A DNA stretch of 64,000 nt from Octopus vulgaris (GCA_951406725.2 OX597819.1:91016001-91080000), one strand, 5' to 3'. Numbered from the stretch's first letter, positions 11,731 through 25,168 are shown. Made by a program: numbers and translations. Notes: a model not told the origin generated them from the sequence alone.

Positions 11731-12820
11731 TTGAAGCAATTTGATATTTTATTGTTCTGAAGGAAATAATTACAAAGGTGTAGAAATACTAATTATTTTT
11801 CTGATAAATAATAAGAAGGACACTTATGGGTTTTTTTAAAGGTATTTTGTTTTTACTAGAGTAAACATCTTGTACTTTCCATCACATGCTCCTTCTCCTA
11901 CTGCCCTACCATCCAAAATATTGTTTTCAGGATGTAAACACCTACAAAAACTAATATTCTCTGTTTTCTTCCCTATCTCTACCTTTCTTCTGATTCTCTT
12001 ACCTTGTCTCCCTCTCTCTATTTTCCTTTCCTTTCCCTCTCTCTCTATTTCTCTCTCCCCTCTCTATCTCCTTCCTCCCTTTATCTTTCTGAGTTTATTT
12101 ATATTAAGACAGACAGGAATAAAGATGCCATGGATGACTGAGTTGATGGAATCAGGCAATTAGCCAATAATTACTGGATTACTAATACAGAGTGAATTAT
12201 GAATAAATAATAAACACACAGGCTCATATCCATAATAGGTCTACAAGAGTTGTACTAGGATGAAGCTTGGGATGAAGATTTAACTGACTAAATTCTTCAT
12301 TGTTTATCAAGGAGTCTGAGGTCCATTTCTTACACATGGAATTGCACTGTGTCCATGGCTAAGAGATTTAATTATTAAACGATTGAGCAAACAGTTACTG
12401 AAGAATAGAAAATCTTACTATTGTAAGCTGTGGAAGTACTTTTAAAATATTAGGTGATTCATTAAATGGAGATTTCTTATGTGAAGTATAGGCTCTACTA
12501 ATGATTTTCTTGATGTGTTAAATGAATTTGAAGTTGTTTTCAGCATGATGTCCCTACAGCCTAATGTAACTTCACAGTGCATGCCCCCCCCCATACACAC
12601 ATTATATATATATATATATATATATATTTGAAAACGAAAGAATGACTTCACTGGTAGTTCTAATCAGTTTAATATATTCTTTTTTAATTTTTTGAACTAA
12701 AATTTATATTATTAAAAAATAAAAAAATAATAAATAATGCAAATTAGAACTACCAGTTTAAGTCATTCTTTTTCTTTGTTAATCATACCTAACTGTACCA
12801 AAGATCTCACACATTTTCCA

Positions 12821-12854
<34 letters not shown>

Positions 12855-12960
12855 ATACATATTTATACATATATATAGATACATGTATGTATATATATAT
12901 ACACACCTACACACACACACACATATATATGCATATATATATGTGTGTGTGTATATATAT

Positions 12961-13195
12961 CACCGTGATCACCGTGACTGACCAGGCTATCAGATGTTGC
13001 TACACATCGCTGGTCACAATGCGCTTCGCATTGTTTTAGCCTTCAAATGATGCTGGCTAAGCAAGCAGGCCAACAGAAGAAAGAGTGAGAGAAAGTTGTG
13101 GCGAAAAAGTATAGCAGGGATTGCCACCATCTCCTACAAGAGCCTCATGGGGCTTTAGGTGTTTTCACTCAATAAACACTCACTGCTCCAACCTG
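12961..13195 (-). mobile_element. SINE family E (body and tail)
   Basis: Overlaps in sequence with the tRNA-headed copy at 14304-14472 and the plus-strand tail at 61891-62007. Confidence 0.8.
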
Positions 13196-13295
13196 GCCAG
13201 CCCCAAGGAAAAACTAAGCTAAGAGCATTAGATTCCTTGGGAAAAAGCATTGAATGTATACGAAAACAAGGACAGAAAAACAGACGATATTACAC

Positions 13296-13336
<41 letters not shown>

Positions 13337-14103
13337 CATATATATATCATCAATGTATCATATATCCGAAAAAGGATACTCTAAAGCATAGAGCAGTATT
13401 GTATTTATATGCAGTAAAGACTATGTCTGGTCATAAAGTGACCAATGGGTTTGCATCCATAAAGGGCCTAGCCACATTGATGGCTCATCAGACTCTTGCG
13501 TTCAGCTTCAGAGTTTGGCAAGCCATCCATGGGTCTAGGCACTTCATGGATGCGAAACCATTGGTCACTCTATGACTGGACATAGACTTAACTACATAAT
13601 AAAATATATGCTTATACACACACACACACACTCACACACACACACACACACACAAACATAAATATCTCTATGTATATACACACACAAACACATAATTATA
13701 TGTATGTATACACACACACAAACACATAAATATATCTATGTATATACACACGCACATATGAGTGCATAACATAACTGGGGACATTCCCTCATCAGTTGCC
13801 TATTGTGTACACACACACATACAAACACTCACACACATGCACATACACAATACACACACACACACACATTGCAACAACCAGCCATGACCTGTACCAACTG
13901 TTCCTTGCTATGTTTGCTCTCACTTATTTCCAGCAGGATTGGTCTTCTCGGTCATCAACACCTTCAAGATGGAGGAACAATGTGGTCAGGAAGAAACACT
14001 TGGACACAAGAAATAGACAGTCATTTTTGCTCTCTGTTTCAGTCTTGGTCTCTCTGTTTTTCTGTCTCTGTCTGTCTGTTTCTCTCTCTCTCTCTCTTTA
14101 TCT

Positions 14104-14165
<62 letters not shown>

Positions 14166-14217
14166 ATAATAATATTAGGGAGTAAATCCAAACTTACAGG
14201 GAAAAATTAGATTTAGG

Positions 14218-14248
<31 letters not shown>

Positions 14249-14253
14249 TTTTT

Positions 14254-14471
14254 TGTACTTGTTTCAGTCATTTGACTGCGGCCATGCTGGAGCACCGCCT
14301 TTAGAGTGGTGAAAGAGTACAGCAGGGATCACCACCATCCCCTGCCGGAGCCTCGTGGAGCTTTTAGGTGTTTCCGCTCAATAAACACACACAACGCCCG
14401 GTCTGGGAATCGAAACCGCGATCCTCCGACCGCAAGTCCGCTGCCCTAACCACTGGGCCATTGCGCCTCCA

Positions 14472-14472
<1 letters not shown>
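14254..14472 (-). mobile_element. Chimeric SINE: family E tRNA head joined to family B tail
   Basis: Minus strand GTGGAGGCGCAATGGCCCAGTGGTTAGG..GGTTTCGATTCCC, then AAGGCGGTGCTCCAGCATGGCCGCAGTCAAATGACTGAAACAAGT. Confidence 0.78.
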
Positions 14473-14542
<70 letters not shown>

Positions 14543-14683
14543 TAAATCTAATTCAATTTATATATATATATATATATATAAAACACACACAAATCTATCT
14601 ATCTATCTATCTATCTACCTACTACCTACCTACCTACCCACCCACTCATCCATCCATCCATCCATCCATCCATCCATCCATCC

Positions 14684-14729
<46 letters not shown>

Positions 14730-14760
14730 ATAGCTATATAGCTATCTATCTATCTATCCA
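14473..14760. repeat. Compound microsatellite (TA)n/(TCTA)n/(CCTA)n/(TCCA)n
   Basis: Direct inspection. Confidence 0.95.
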
Positions 14761-16161
14761 TACATAAAGACATTCATATATACATACATATATATAGTCA
14801 GAAGTTCACATATCCAAAAAAAAGCATACCCTAAAACATATATATTTATGTGTGTGTATGTGTGTGTATATGTGCGTGTATGTATGTCTGTGTGTGTGTG
14901 TGTGTGTATTCTTTTATCCTTTTCAGTCATTTGAATGTGGCCATACTGGAGCATTGCCTTTAGTAAAACAAATCGACCCAAGGACTTATTCTTTCATTCT
15001 CTTTTGCCGAACCACTATAGTAGAAGACACTTGCCCAAGGTGCCACGCCGTGGGACTGGAACCAGAAGCATGTGGTTGGTAAGCAAGCTACTTACCACAT
15101 AGCCACTCCTGCACCTATGTATGTAATCTTTTCTTTTATCATTTATTTGTTTTAGTAATTAGACTGCAGCCATGCTAGGGTGCTGCCTTTAATTTTATTC
15201 CTGGTGCCTATTGTATTGGTTTCTTTTGCTGAACTGCTAAGTTATGGAGTCATAAACACATCAACACCAGCTGTCAGATAGTGGTGGAGGACAAACACAG
15301 ATACAAAGACACATGCACACACACACACGCATGCATGCATGTGTGTGCACGCACACACATACACACACATCACTGTATTTACCAGACAGACTATAGAATG
15401 TTGTTATGCATTACTGGATTGCTGGTTACAATGAGCTTCCTTGCTTTGTTGTAGCTTTCAAATGATGTCATCCTGCTCCCAGGCCAACATTACCCCAACA
15501 ATTCATCCCAGGGTTATCCATTTCTTGGGTGGTAGACTTAATTCCCTGCTACATGGTCTTGACCTGCTACACCCCCACTACATGGTCTTGACCACTGTTG
15601 CAAGCAATTAGGCCTTAAGCTAGGTCTCCTGTGAAAGGATAAGTTTCTCCTTTCCTCTCATCAGTCTTAGAAATCCTACTAGATTGTTACTAAGTTAACA
15701 AAAGCAGAGTAATTAGCTCAAAAAAGAATTAGAGAGAGAGAGTGAGAGAGAGAGGGTGGGAGAGAGATAGAGAGAGAGAGAGAGTTGAAGAATTCATTAG
15801 TTTTGTGGATAAAGTAAAACTTGTAGAGAAGTTGGCACTTATGTATCACATTTAATGCATATACATTTACAACAGGACTCTTACTATAGTATTTATCTTA
15901 GGATTATATCTTTTACGGATGTGCTGTGTTGAAAACACAATAAATATGGGAGGAAGATGAATTATCACCCTTGAAGTGGTCAGTAAGAATTTCAGATATA
16001 TTTGGGCCTTTTTCAAACTTTTTCAATGATGTGGACTCTCAGCCAATCACATTTCTGGATGAGAATTCATTACCTCTGATGTAATGGTGTTGTAAACAGC
16101 CACCCAGCTGAATAAAAACCTAGTGTATGCAACTGAAGCACTTGTAATTAAAATAACTACT

Positions 16162-16549
16162 TCTATAATAATAAATGCAAAATTTTGTCTGTCTGTTTGT
16201 CTGTCCAGGACCCCTGTATCTCAGCCTACATTTGCTCTGCATAGACATATGCCTTTTTGGAACCAGATTGATTCCAGGATTGAAAATCTGGCCTTTATTT
16301 AGTTCTTGAACATCCAGCATTGGGATCAGGTCTGGATGAGGATTTGTTATATGCTAACAGTTGAAAATTCAAATTTTAAAAGAACTCCCAAAATTCGTGA
16401 ACTTACAAGTTTTTCATTTAAACTGAATTTAAAGTAATGCCATATTGGTAGAGTACCAATAAATGCTTTATTATTATTATTATTGCTTTTTTTAGTTTCG
16501 GGCTGTAGCTACCTTTAAAAGTCCACACAGAGTGCAGCTTTTAAGCTAG
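16162..16549 (+). mobile_element. Possible non-autonomous Helitron
   Basis: 5' TCTATAATAATAAA followed by (TGTC)n, 3' end CTAG followed by T; no TIR or TSD; subterminal hairpin not clear. Confidence 0.45.
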
Positions 16550-17059
16550 TAATGTATAAATATACTGTTTATTGACCAATTATTGCAGTATTTGTCCTGA
16601 GATAATATCTCTTATGAACAATAAGTACTGCAGTAACTGGGTTATCAATAGTGTTTATACATTAAGTATGATACTTAGATGGCTATTTTAATTTAATACT
16701 GTTTCAATTGCTTTTACTGGATTTATAGAAAAGTAATTAGTTGTTGCTTCTTAAACCCCAGGTTTATACTGATCAAACAGATTTATAATCAAAGATGATC
16801 CAGTTATGGTTGTCTCGACTTATTCCTATGTACAGAAAGACCCAGGAACCACATTAGTCAATGTATCTTTTTTCGAAGATAGCAGTGAGTGATTTGATTT
16901 GTCGGAGATTTGGCTTGTCAAGTGACCACTTGGCCGCTCCTTTGTAGGCTTGAAAAGTAATTTGTAGGACAATGTGGTAAGGGTGTTTGACAATATGAGA
17001 AAACACTTGAGTTCCCATATCAGATGATGCAAGAGAAATACCAATTGCATTGTCAATTA

Positions 17060-17492
17060 TTGATAATGGTGATGACGACAATGATAACAATGACATTGAT
17101 GATGATAATTGATGATGATTATGATGATGATGATGATGATGATGATGAGGGTGGCGATGATGATGGCGATGATGATGGCGATGATGATGATGATGATGAT
17201 GATGATTCAATGATGATGATGGTGATGATGATTCGATGATGATGATGATGATGATGGTGATGATGATTCGATGATGATGATGATGATGATTTGATGATGA
17301 TGATGATGATGATGATGACGATGATGACGATGACGATGATGATGATGATAGCGATGATGATGATGATGATGTCGATGATGATGGTGATGATGGCGATGAT
17401 GATGATGATGATGATGACGATGACGATTATGATGATGATGATGATAATGATGATGATGATGATGATGACGATGATGATGATGATGATAATGG
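17060..17492. repeat. Long interrupted (GAT)n trinucleotide array
   Basis: About 430 bp of GAT with GAC/GGC/GGT variants; explains the poly-M/H/D ORFs. Confidence 0.97.
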
Positions 17493-17591
17493 ATACAGAG
17501 TATTTCTTCTTGCAACATTAAGAAAGTGGTTCGGAAAAGCTTTACCAACAACTAAAATCAATGAATATATATAGATATTTAAATAATATAT

Positions 17592-17668
<77 letters not shown>

Positions 17669-18159
17669 TAGATAGATAGATAGATAGATAGATAAATATA
17701 TGTATGTATGTATAACAGTATTAATAAAATATGAGATGGAACGACACAATAAATCTATGGATAGCAACAGGTAATCAAAACTGTGCTAGTGCTTTACTCA
17801 TCATCTATTTATACATTTTGTACAATTTCTCCATTATATATATATATATATATATATATATCATCATCATCATCATCATCCGGTGTTTTAAATCCAAGTT
17901 TTGTCCCCGTTAACAGGGGTGACTGGATCTACCTGAATGCATAGTAGGGGGTGTTCTGAAAGGGGTCTCAGGGAGAAGTGTCCCTGCCTTCCCTAGTTAA
18001 TTTTCCACCATGTTTCTTAAAATTCATGTTAGAGGACTTGGTCTCGGGACCACTCGTGTCTAGAAACTGAGGTTGGGAGTAGGCAAGGGCATGCTCCCTG
18101 TAGAGAATTCAGCTCCAAGAAAGCCTCATAATAGTAAAGAAGAATGGGCACCAGCCAGC

Positions 18160-18203
<44 letters not shown>

Positions 18204-18263
18204 TAGCCAGCCAGCCCAAAGGTTGGGGTGGGCTGCACCTGCCTACCTCAAAAAGGAAGGTGC

Positions 18264-18294
<31 letters not shown>

Positions 18295-18896
18295 AAACAA
18301 ACAAATCAACAAGTCAAAAACAAATAGGATAAAATAAACACAGTATCTTTAAGAACAAATGAATAAAGCAACATAATAAAATAAAAACTGAAATAAGGTT
18401 AAACAAGGAAATGAACCAGTCAAAGGATTGGGTGGGTGGTGTTTTGGTTGAAAATCTGTTTTGTGAGTTAAGATAAAGGTTAACATAAGCTTTCAATGAC
18501 CATCACAAATTTTATGTTCTAATCCTTCTCTCTCTCTCTCTCTCTCTTTTTCTCTCTCCTCTCTTCTCTCCCTCTTTCTTTCCATCTCTCTATTCCTTTG
18601 TCTCTGTCTCTTTCTCTCTCTCTTTCGCTTTCTCATATTGATCTGGATTTTACAGATTTTAGCCAACAATCAGTGTGGAGTAAATATCCTGCTGACCTTG
18701 AATCCGAGTTCAATTGTGCTTTTGATCAGCTTATCTTAGATATGTGTTTAGAAAGTGGGGTAAAGAGAGTGATAACGCATACAAACACCCACCACACACT
18801 CACACCCACACATCTCATTCAGGCATTCACATGCATGTATGTGTGTGTATACACACACACACATATGTATATATATATCTTTATACACACACACAT

Positions 18897-18995
<99 letters not shown>

Positions 18996-19659
18996 ATTAC
19001 TAACTTCATTTAGCAACTATAATATACTACCAAATATATTAATGGTCTCTAAGTCATTACTGTACCCTACTTTTGATGTTAGCAGCGTAATTCAATCACT
19101 GTTAAGTTATTTCTATAAAATTTAGAGCCACCATTGAAAGTTACCATGTTTCATATACAAATACATCTATGTAAACAATGCAATCAAATACACCACAATA
19201 GGTAATGGGTATATATGCATGTTTCAGGATTTATTGCTCTTTTTTCAGTCTCACACCCAACCCCTTAACCATCCATGAAGATTTTACTTAAATACGGAAA
19301 GGTAGGACACTGTATTGACTTCTAGACCTTTGATATTTTTGGTAGTTTATTACGGTTGCTTAATGAAATATGGTATTCCTATCAGCAATTAATACCTATG
19401 TTCCAGTTGCCAGGAATGTGTTTAATATGTAATTTAGTCTATCCACTAAACTAAGTGGCTATTTAAGCAACGTTGTTTATGGATGGTTAATTGGTTGGAT
19501 GTGGTTCTAATGAAAGAGAAATAACACTTGAAATATCCATATACATTCATTGTGTATTTTTCTTTTTTGATTGCATTGTATATGAAATGTATAAAATTTC
19601 AGTGTTGGCTTAAAATTCTATAGAACATCTGTTGAGATAACTTAAAAGTGATATGAATA

Positions 19660-19709
<50 letters not shown>

Positions 19710-19811
19710 TATGTGTATATCTATGCATACACACATGACTGTTATTTAATAACACTTTGATTCAGCTCTATGCAACTTAGAGTTTCATGTATATATATAT
19801 GTATATATATA

Positions 19812-20330
19812 CAAATTAGTAATGCAATACTAGAGTATTGCTTTCCAGTAAAGAATAGCCCGTGAGGGAAAATATACAAAGAAGTAAATATATGGCACAA
19901 CGAAGTACCGATATTTACTGGAAATAGCGAACGTACTAATACGACGCTAATGTATAGCTTCACCGCGTATGTACTAGCAAAAATGCGTGTGTGTAACAAA
20001 CTAGAAAAAATTGTCTTACCTCCAGGGAGAACATCTGAAAGATGAAATACCTGGAAAAGGATAATGTGGGACCTGCGCAGGTTTCAGATTTTTCAAGATA
20101 TGTCTGCCACCTATAAACTTGATCTATCTTCATCAGCCAAACATATACCACGACAACCTTTCAGATGTTACCACATTAATGCCATTACACTCGACTGAAA
20201 CGCCGAAACGCTAACAGCACAAGAACGATAAAGAAGTTTCAATAAATTAGTAATGCAATACTAGAGTATTGCTTTCCAGTAAAGAATAGCCCGTAAATAT
20301 CGGTACTTCATTGTGCCATATATTTACTTT
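19812..20330 (-). mobile_element. Penelope-like (pLTR-type) module with direct and inverted repeats, between (TA)n tracts
   Basis: Direct repeat 19813-19863 / 20244-20294; inverted repeat 19882-19918 / 20293-20329; contains a hammerhead fold. Confidence 0.7.
20059..20149 (-). ncRNA. Type I hammerhead ribozyme
   Basis: Minus strand: UGG-CUGAUGA-AGAU(..UCAAG..CUUGA..)AUCU-GAA-ACCU-GCGC-AGGU-C^-CCA. Complete core, stems I-III and GUC cleavage triplet. Confidence 0.8.
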
Positions 20331-20504
20331 TATATATATATATATATGATTGGTATTTTTCAATTTTCACTTATCAAATTCACTCACAAGGCTTTGGTCA
20401 ACCCAGGGGCTAGAGGTAAAGGCAATTGTCAAAAGTATACAATGGGACTGAAACCAAAATCATATGATCAGGAACCAAACTTCTTGCCACATTGCCATGG
20501 TTGA

Positions 20505-20566
<62 letters not shown>

Positions 20567-23500
20567 GAATGTGAAAGAATGATAAATATGAATACATACT
20601 AATATATATATATATATATATATCATCATCATTTAGCGTCCGCTTTCCATGCTAGCATGGGTTGGACGATTCAACTGGGGTCTGGGAAGCCAGAAGGCTG
20701 CATCAGGCCCAGTCTGATCTGGCAGTGTTTCTACGGCTGGATGCCCTTCCTAACACCAACCACTCCGTGAGTGTAGTGGGTGCTTTTTACGTGCCACCCG
20801 ATATATATATATATTCTTTATCATCATCATTTCACATTCACTTTCCATGTTGCCATCTGTTGGACTGTCTGACAGGATTCAACGGTCAGAGGATTCAGTG
20901 TGTCAGCTTTTATAGTTTTTACAGTTGGATGCCCTTTCTAATATAAACCACTTTAAAGAGTGGACAGGTGCATTGTTTTTCAAAGCATTAGCATGAGTGA
21001 GGTTGATTTGTGACTTGCAAAATTAATGAGTCTCCACCCCAACTGGGAGGGGAATACTATTAGGAAGTGGGGTGGCTTTATTCATATTGTTGAGACGTTA
21101 AAGGAGGGACAGGAAGAAGGTTTTTGATTGTAGAGTTGGTTTATGGCTACCCCACATAATATATGTGAGTGGGTGTAGACACAGTAGAGCTGGAAAGAGA
21201 GATAAAGATGGTGGGAGGTGCTGGAGCATACTCTCAAGGTATAAAAAGGTGAAAAAAAGTAAGCAAGGAGATATCAGGAAGAGTGGGTGGATAAAGATTA
21301 CATAGGTGTGTAAAAAACTGGGTAGAAATAGGGGTGGGGTGGATGTAGTGATTGGTGAAGAAGGGTGGGAAAAGTCAATGGTAAACAAGAATAAAAGGAA
21401 TGGTGTTAAGACTGAGAGATGGGTGCCAACAGAAATGGCTCAGGACAGAGGATGTGAATACAAAAAGGATGAGCAATAAAATAATATGGTAGATATGAGA
21501 GGAATGATGGTAATATGGCAGGTAGGAAAGGAATGAAGGAATGAGTGATAGAGAGATGAGGAATGGGGTAGGTGGAGTACAAGAGTATGGGGGAGAGAGA
21601 GACATGGATAAGGTTAAGAATAGAGCTGATTGGAGATGTAATAAGGATGAATGTAGTAAGTGGTAAAAATGGTTGGGGTGGTTTATGATAAATATGAGTG
21701 TGGGGCAGCATAGTATTAAGAATGAGAAATAGATATTGATAGGAAGTATCTCAAAGGGGAGAGAGAGAGTGATGACTGGCAGCACAGAAAGGTTGGTCAG
21801 TGATGAATAAGAATAAAGTAGGGATACAGTGCTCAGAATGAGGGGTGTATGTTAATAGGAGGAAGATCAAAGGAGTAGGAGTGATAACTGGAAGTACAGA
21901 AAGAGCGATAATATAATATATATTAATGAATCCTGCTTTCATTTAATTACAGCAGCAGAATAATGCAGTAGATAGAAAAGTGATGGAGGGATGAATGATA
22001 AAGAAACAAGAAGGGTGGGGAGAGGCAAATGAAAGCTTAACAAGGACATGGTGGGTGAGGGATGCAGTTGTGTCCATACACAGTATGCATCCAGAATCTC
22101 ACTTTCACCATACTTACATAGATGAGCATATCTGCTGTAGCATATTGCCATTCAACTCAGTCTTTTGCTATCTCCTTGTGCGACTCAACATTCTGAGATC
22201 AGCCTTTACCACTTCATCCCATGTCTTCCTGGGCTTCCCTCTTCTACAGATTCCATTTGCTGTATGTGGGGACTCCATTGGTCAGAGCTGACCATGCCTC
22301 TGCATATATATGGGCAGGCTTTGGCAGCATCTTTTGAAGAAGACAGGTGGTTGTCCATGCATGGATGTCTCCTCTTGCCAAATGCCTACTAGGCACAATT
22401 TGGCATAAGTGTTGTCATGGGTTTTATTTTCAGACTGTTATAAACCAGAACAGGTACCCTAAAGTATATTTCCTGATCTAACAATTCTACCAAACAATCC
22501 ACCCTGCCAGATTTGTACTTCGTTTTATTAACCCCAAAAGTATGAAAGTCTATCCAATATGCTAATAACCCAGCTGCTTTGCTGCTTCAATAAGTTTTGT
22601 CTAATCCATGTGTTGGTCAAGACTTATTGGAGCAGTTTTTTAATGGTCAGATGACCTGTTTGTAAACAACCTTTAATTGTCTTGATGTTAAGCTATTTTC
22701 ATTTCACTGTTCTTCTCATGATGAAAAGGCTCAGATTCAGGTTGCATTATTTATTAGAGATATGAACAAGCATTACCATCTTTGCTCAAACTGGGTCAAC
22801 ATAAAGACGTGGAAACAAGCAACCAGACAAACACACACACACCATACACAAACACACACACATTCTCATGTTCATTCATAGATAGACACATACACACATA
22901 TAACAATGAAAGAGAGATGGTGGGGAGGACAAAGAGAAACAGAGGTCATCTGATTGTCAAAGGAAATTGAATTTAATCTGGTAAACTTTGGTTTCTTTTG
23001 CAATATGATTATTTTTACAATATTTTTTTATCCTCCCACGTAGATACTATTGATTAATTCTAGGACAGATATGAATGATATATTGTCAGATTCATTGGAG
23101 CATCAGATAAAATTGATTAGTAGATTTTGATTATGCCCTTTTTACATTCTTTTCTCAATGTTGGTGAGGACATCAATAAATGAAGTACTAGTCATGTACA
23201 GAGATAACTAATTACACTATTTTCAAACATTTATGTCATTGTAACTATGTAAGAATCAACATTAGGCTTAAACAGTTTAGCAGAGCATATAGAACAGCAG
23301 ACAAAAATGCCACATGCTAGTTAGTTACTTCCCTTTATATTCTGAATTCAAATCCCACCTGGGGTTGATTTTTGCCTTACCTCTTTCTGGTGAGAGTTTG
23401 ACAAAACTAGACCACTAGAAGTTCATCTAGTTTCCAATTCCATTGGAGGCCAAACTGTGGCTCTCAAAGTTACATTGTGCATCTCCTGAGAGAATACTGA

Positions 23501-24323
23501 GTTTCAATGATTTGGTGTTTTTTTTCACTTAAAACAGTGTTAACGTTTTATCTGCCAGATTATTAACTGTAAAAATGAAGGCTCAATGCAAGTAGAGTCT
23601 AATCAATCTATTTTAGTGAGTAAAACTATGCAGGCATGGTTGTGATGTTAAGGAGCTTGCTTTGCAACCATGTGGTTTCAGGCTCAGCCCCACTATGTAG
23701 GACCTTGGGCAAGTGTCTTCTACTATAGCCTCAAGGCAATGAATGCCTTTTGAGTGAATTTGATAAATGGAAACTGTATGAAAATATGTTACACACACAC
23801 ACACATATGTTAAGTGTGAAGCTCCCCGCTGGTGAAGAGGATTGGTCTGTAAGAGTCCTGTATTGGTGTCATGTAAAAAGCACTTGTGCTGGTGTCATGG
23901 TTGGCATTAGGAAGGGCATCCAAGCACAGAAACCATTGCCAAATCAGACTGGAGCATGGTACAGCTCTGCAGCTGCCAGCTCTGGTCAAGTTGTCCAACC
24001 TGTGCGAGCATAGATAACAGATGTTAAATGATGATGATGACAATGACGACGACGACGACGATGATGATGATTATAAGAAATTGGGATGACAAAGGAAAAC
24101 AATTGTGTTATGAACTTTGTTAGCTTACAGCTGTTTCTGCTATTACATGCAATGTACTGATAGTTGAGTACTTGAGCATGACCCTATAGCTTTAATGGAG
24201 CTTCAAGTGCAATTTATTGTGGACAACATTTACATTTATGTATATACATAGAAAAGCATCACCAATGAAAAAGTATAGCTATGCCTAAGTGATATCTTTC
24301 TCTCTCTCTCTCTCTCTATATAT

Positions 24324-24653
24324 ATATTAATTACTGGTGAAGGCTGGTTTATTGGGTTACTCTGGGTTTCTTGCCATAAAGGGTACCTTTAAGGCGTATC
24401 TTCAGACCCTAAGACCTGTTGGCCAATGTCATCTTTAAAATATGGAAGGGGAAGTGGCATAGCTGAAGGAGGATGACACAGCCAGAAGCTAATGACCAGC
24501 ACCATTGTTTATATCTGTAATATTTCCCCCTCCATATTTTAATGGGGCCATAGGCCAACAGGTCTTAGGGTCTGAAGATACGCCATGATGGTACTCTTTA
24601 TGGCAAGAAATCCAGGGTAACCCTATAAACTATCCTTCACCAGTAATTAATAT
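24324..24653. repeat. ~130-bp-arm inverted repeat, each arm carrying a hammerhead-like fold (Penelope-like foldback)
   Basis: 24324-24453 is the reverse complement of 24523-24653; TAGGGT-CTGAAGA..GAAA..GTA-ACCCTA at 24566-24625 (+) and equivalent at 24354-24411 (-). Confidence 0.8.
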
Positions 24654-24711
24654 TGATTGCGCTACATTTTAGAGTGTGCTTCTTCTCTAGATTTATGTTT
24701 TTCTAAAAATC

Positions 24712-24744
<33 letters not shown>

Positions 24745-24746
<2 letters not shown>

Positions 24747-25168
24747 GTGGTGAGAAAGGATCTACAAACATTGGGACTCACAGAGGGGATAGCAGGGGAC
24801 CAAGACTCCAGGTGATTTGTAGTGCTTGAAAAGATATGTCAAGCTAAGTAAAAGCATGGTTACTCTTGCATACAGGTTCATCCCTTGTAACCCTCTCCAG
24901 CTGAGCATCCCTAATCTTGAGGGCTCATAAGTGCTGGGGCCATGTGAAAAGCACCTATGCTGGTGCTACATAAAAGCACCCATGCTGGTGCTACGTAAAA
25001 GCACCCAGTACACTCTGTAAAGTGGTTGGTATTAGGAAAGGCATCCAGCTGTAGAAACCATGTCAAAACAGACATGGAACCTGAACAGCCCTTCAGTTGG
25101 TCAGCTCCTGTCAAACCATCTAATCCATACCAGCACAGAAAACAAAATGTTGAACGATGATGATGATA
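24745..25168 (+). mobile_element. RTE LINE 3' end (ORF end, 3' UTR, (GAT)n tail)
   Basis: EVVRKDLQTLGLTE-like ORF end; repeated TAAAAGCACC motifs; conserved tail. Confidence 0.75.

Noticed and set aside
13775-13800. Hammerhead-like CTGATGA-GGGA..TCCC on the minus strand
   Set aside because: No GAAA or stem III follows
15605-15675. Hammerhead-like CTGATGA..GAAAGGA/TCCTTTC..GAGACCT..AGG on the minus strand
   Set aside because: GAAA, the cleavage triplet and stem I are all defective; at best a heavily decayed relic
16854-17551. Poly-His/Asp/Met ORFs (also at 25431-25702, 49088-49507, 55413-56121)
   Set aside because: Translations of (GAT)n microsatellites, not genes
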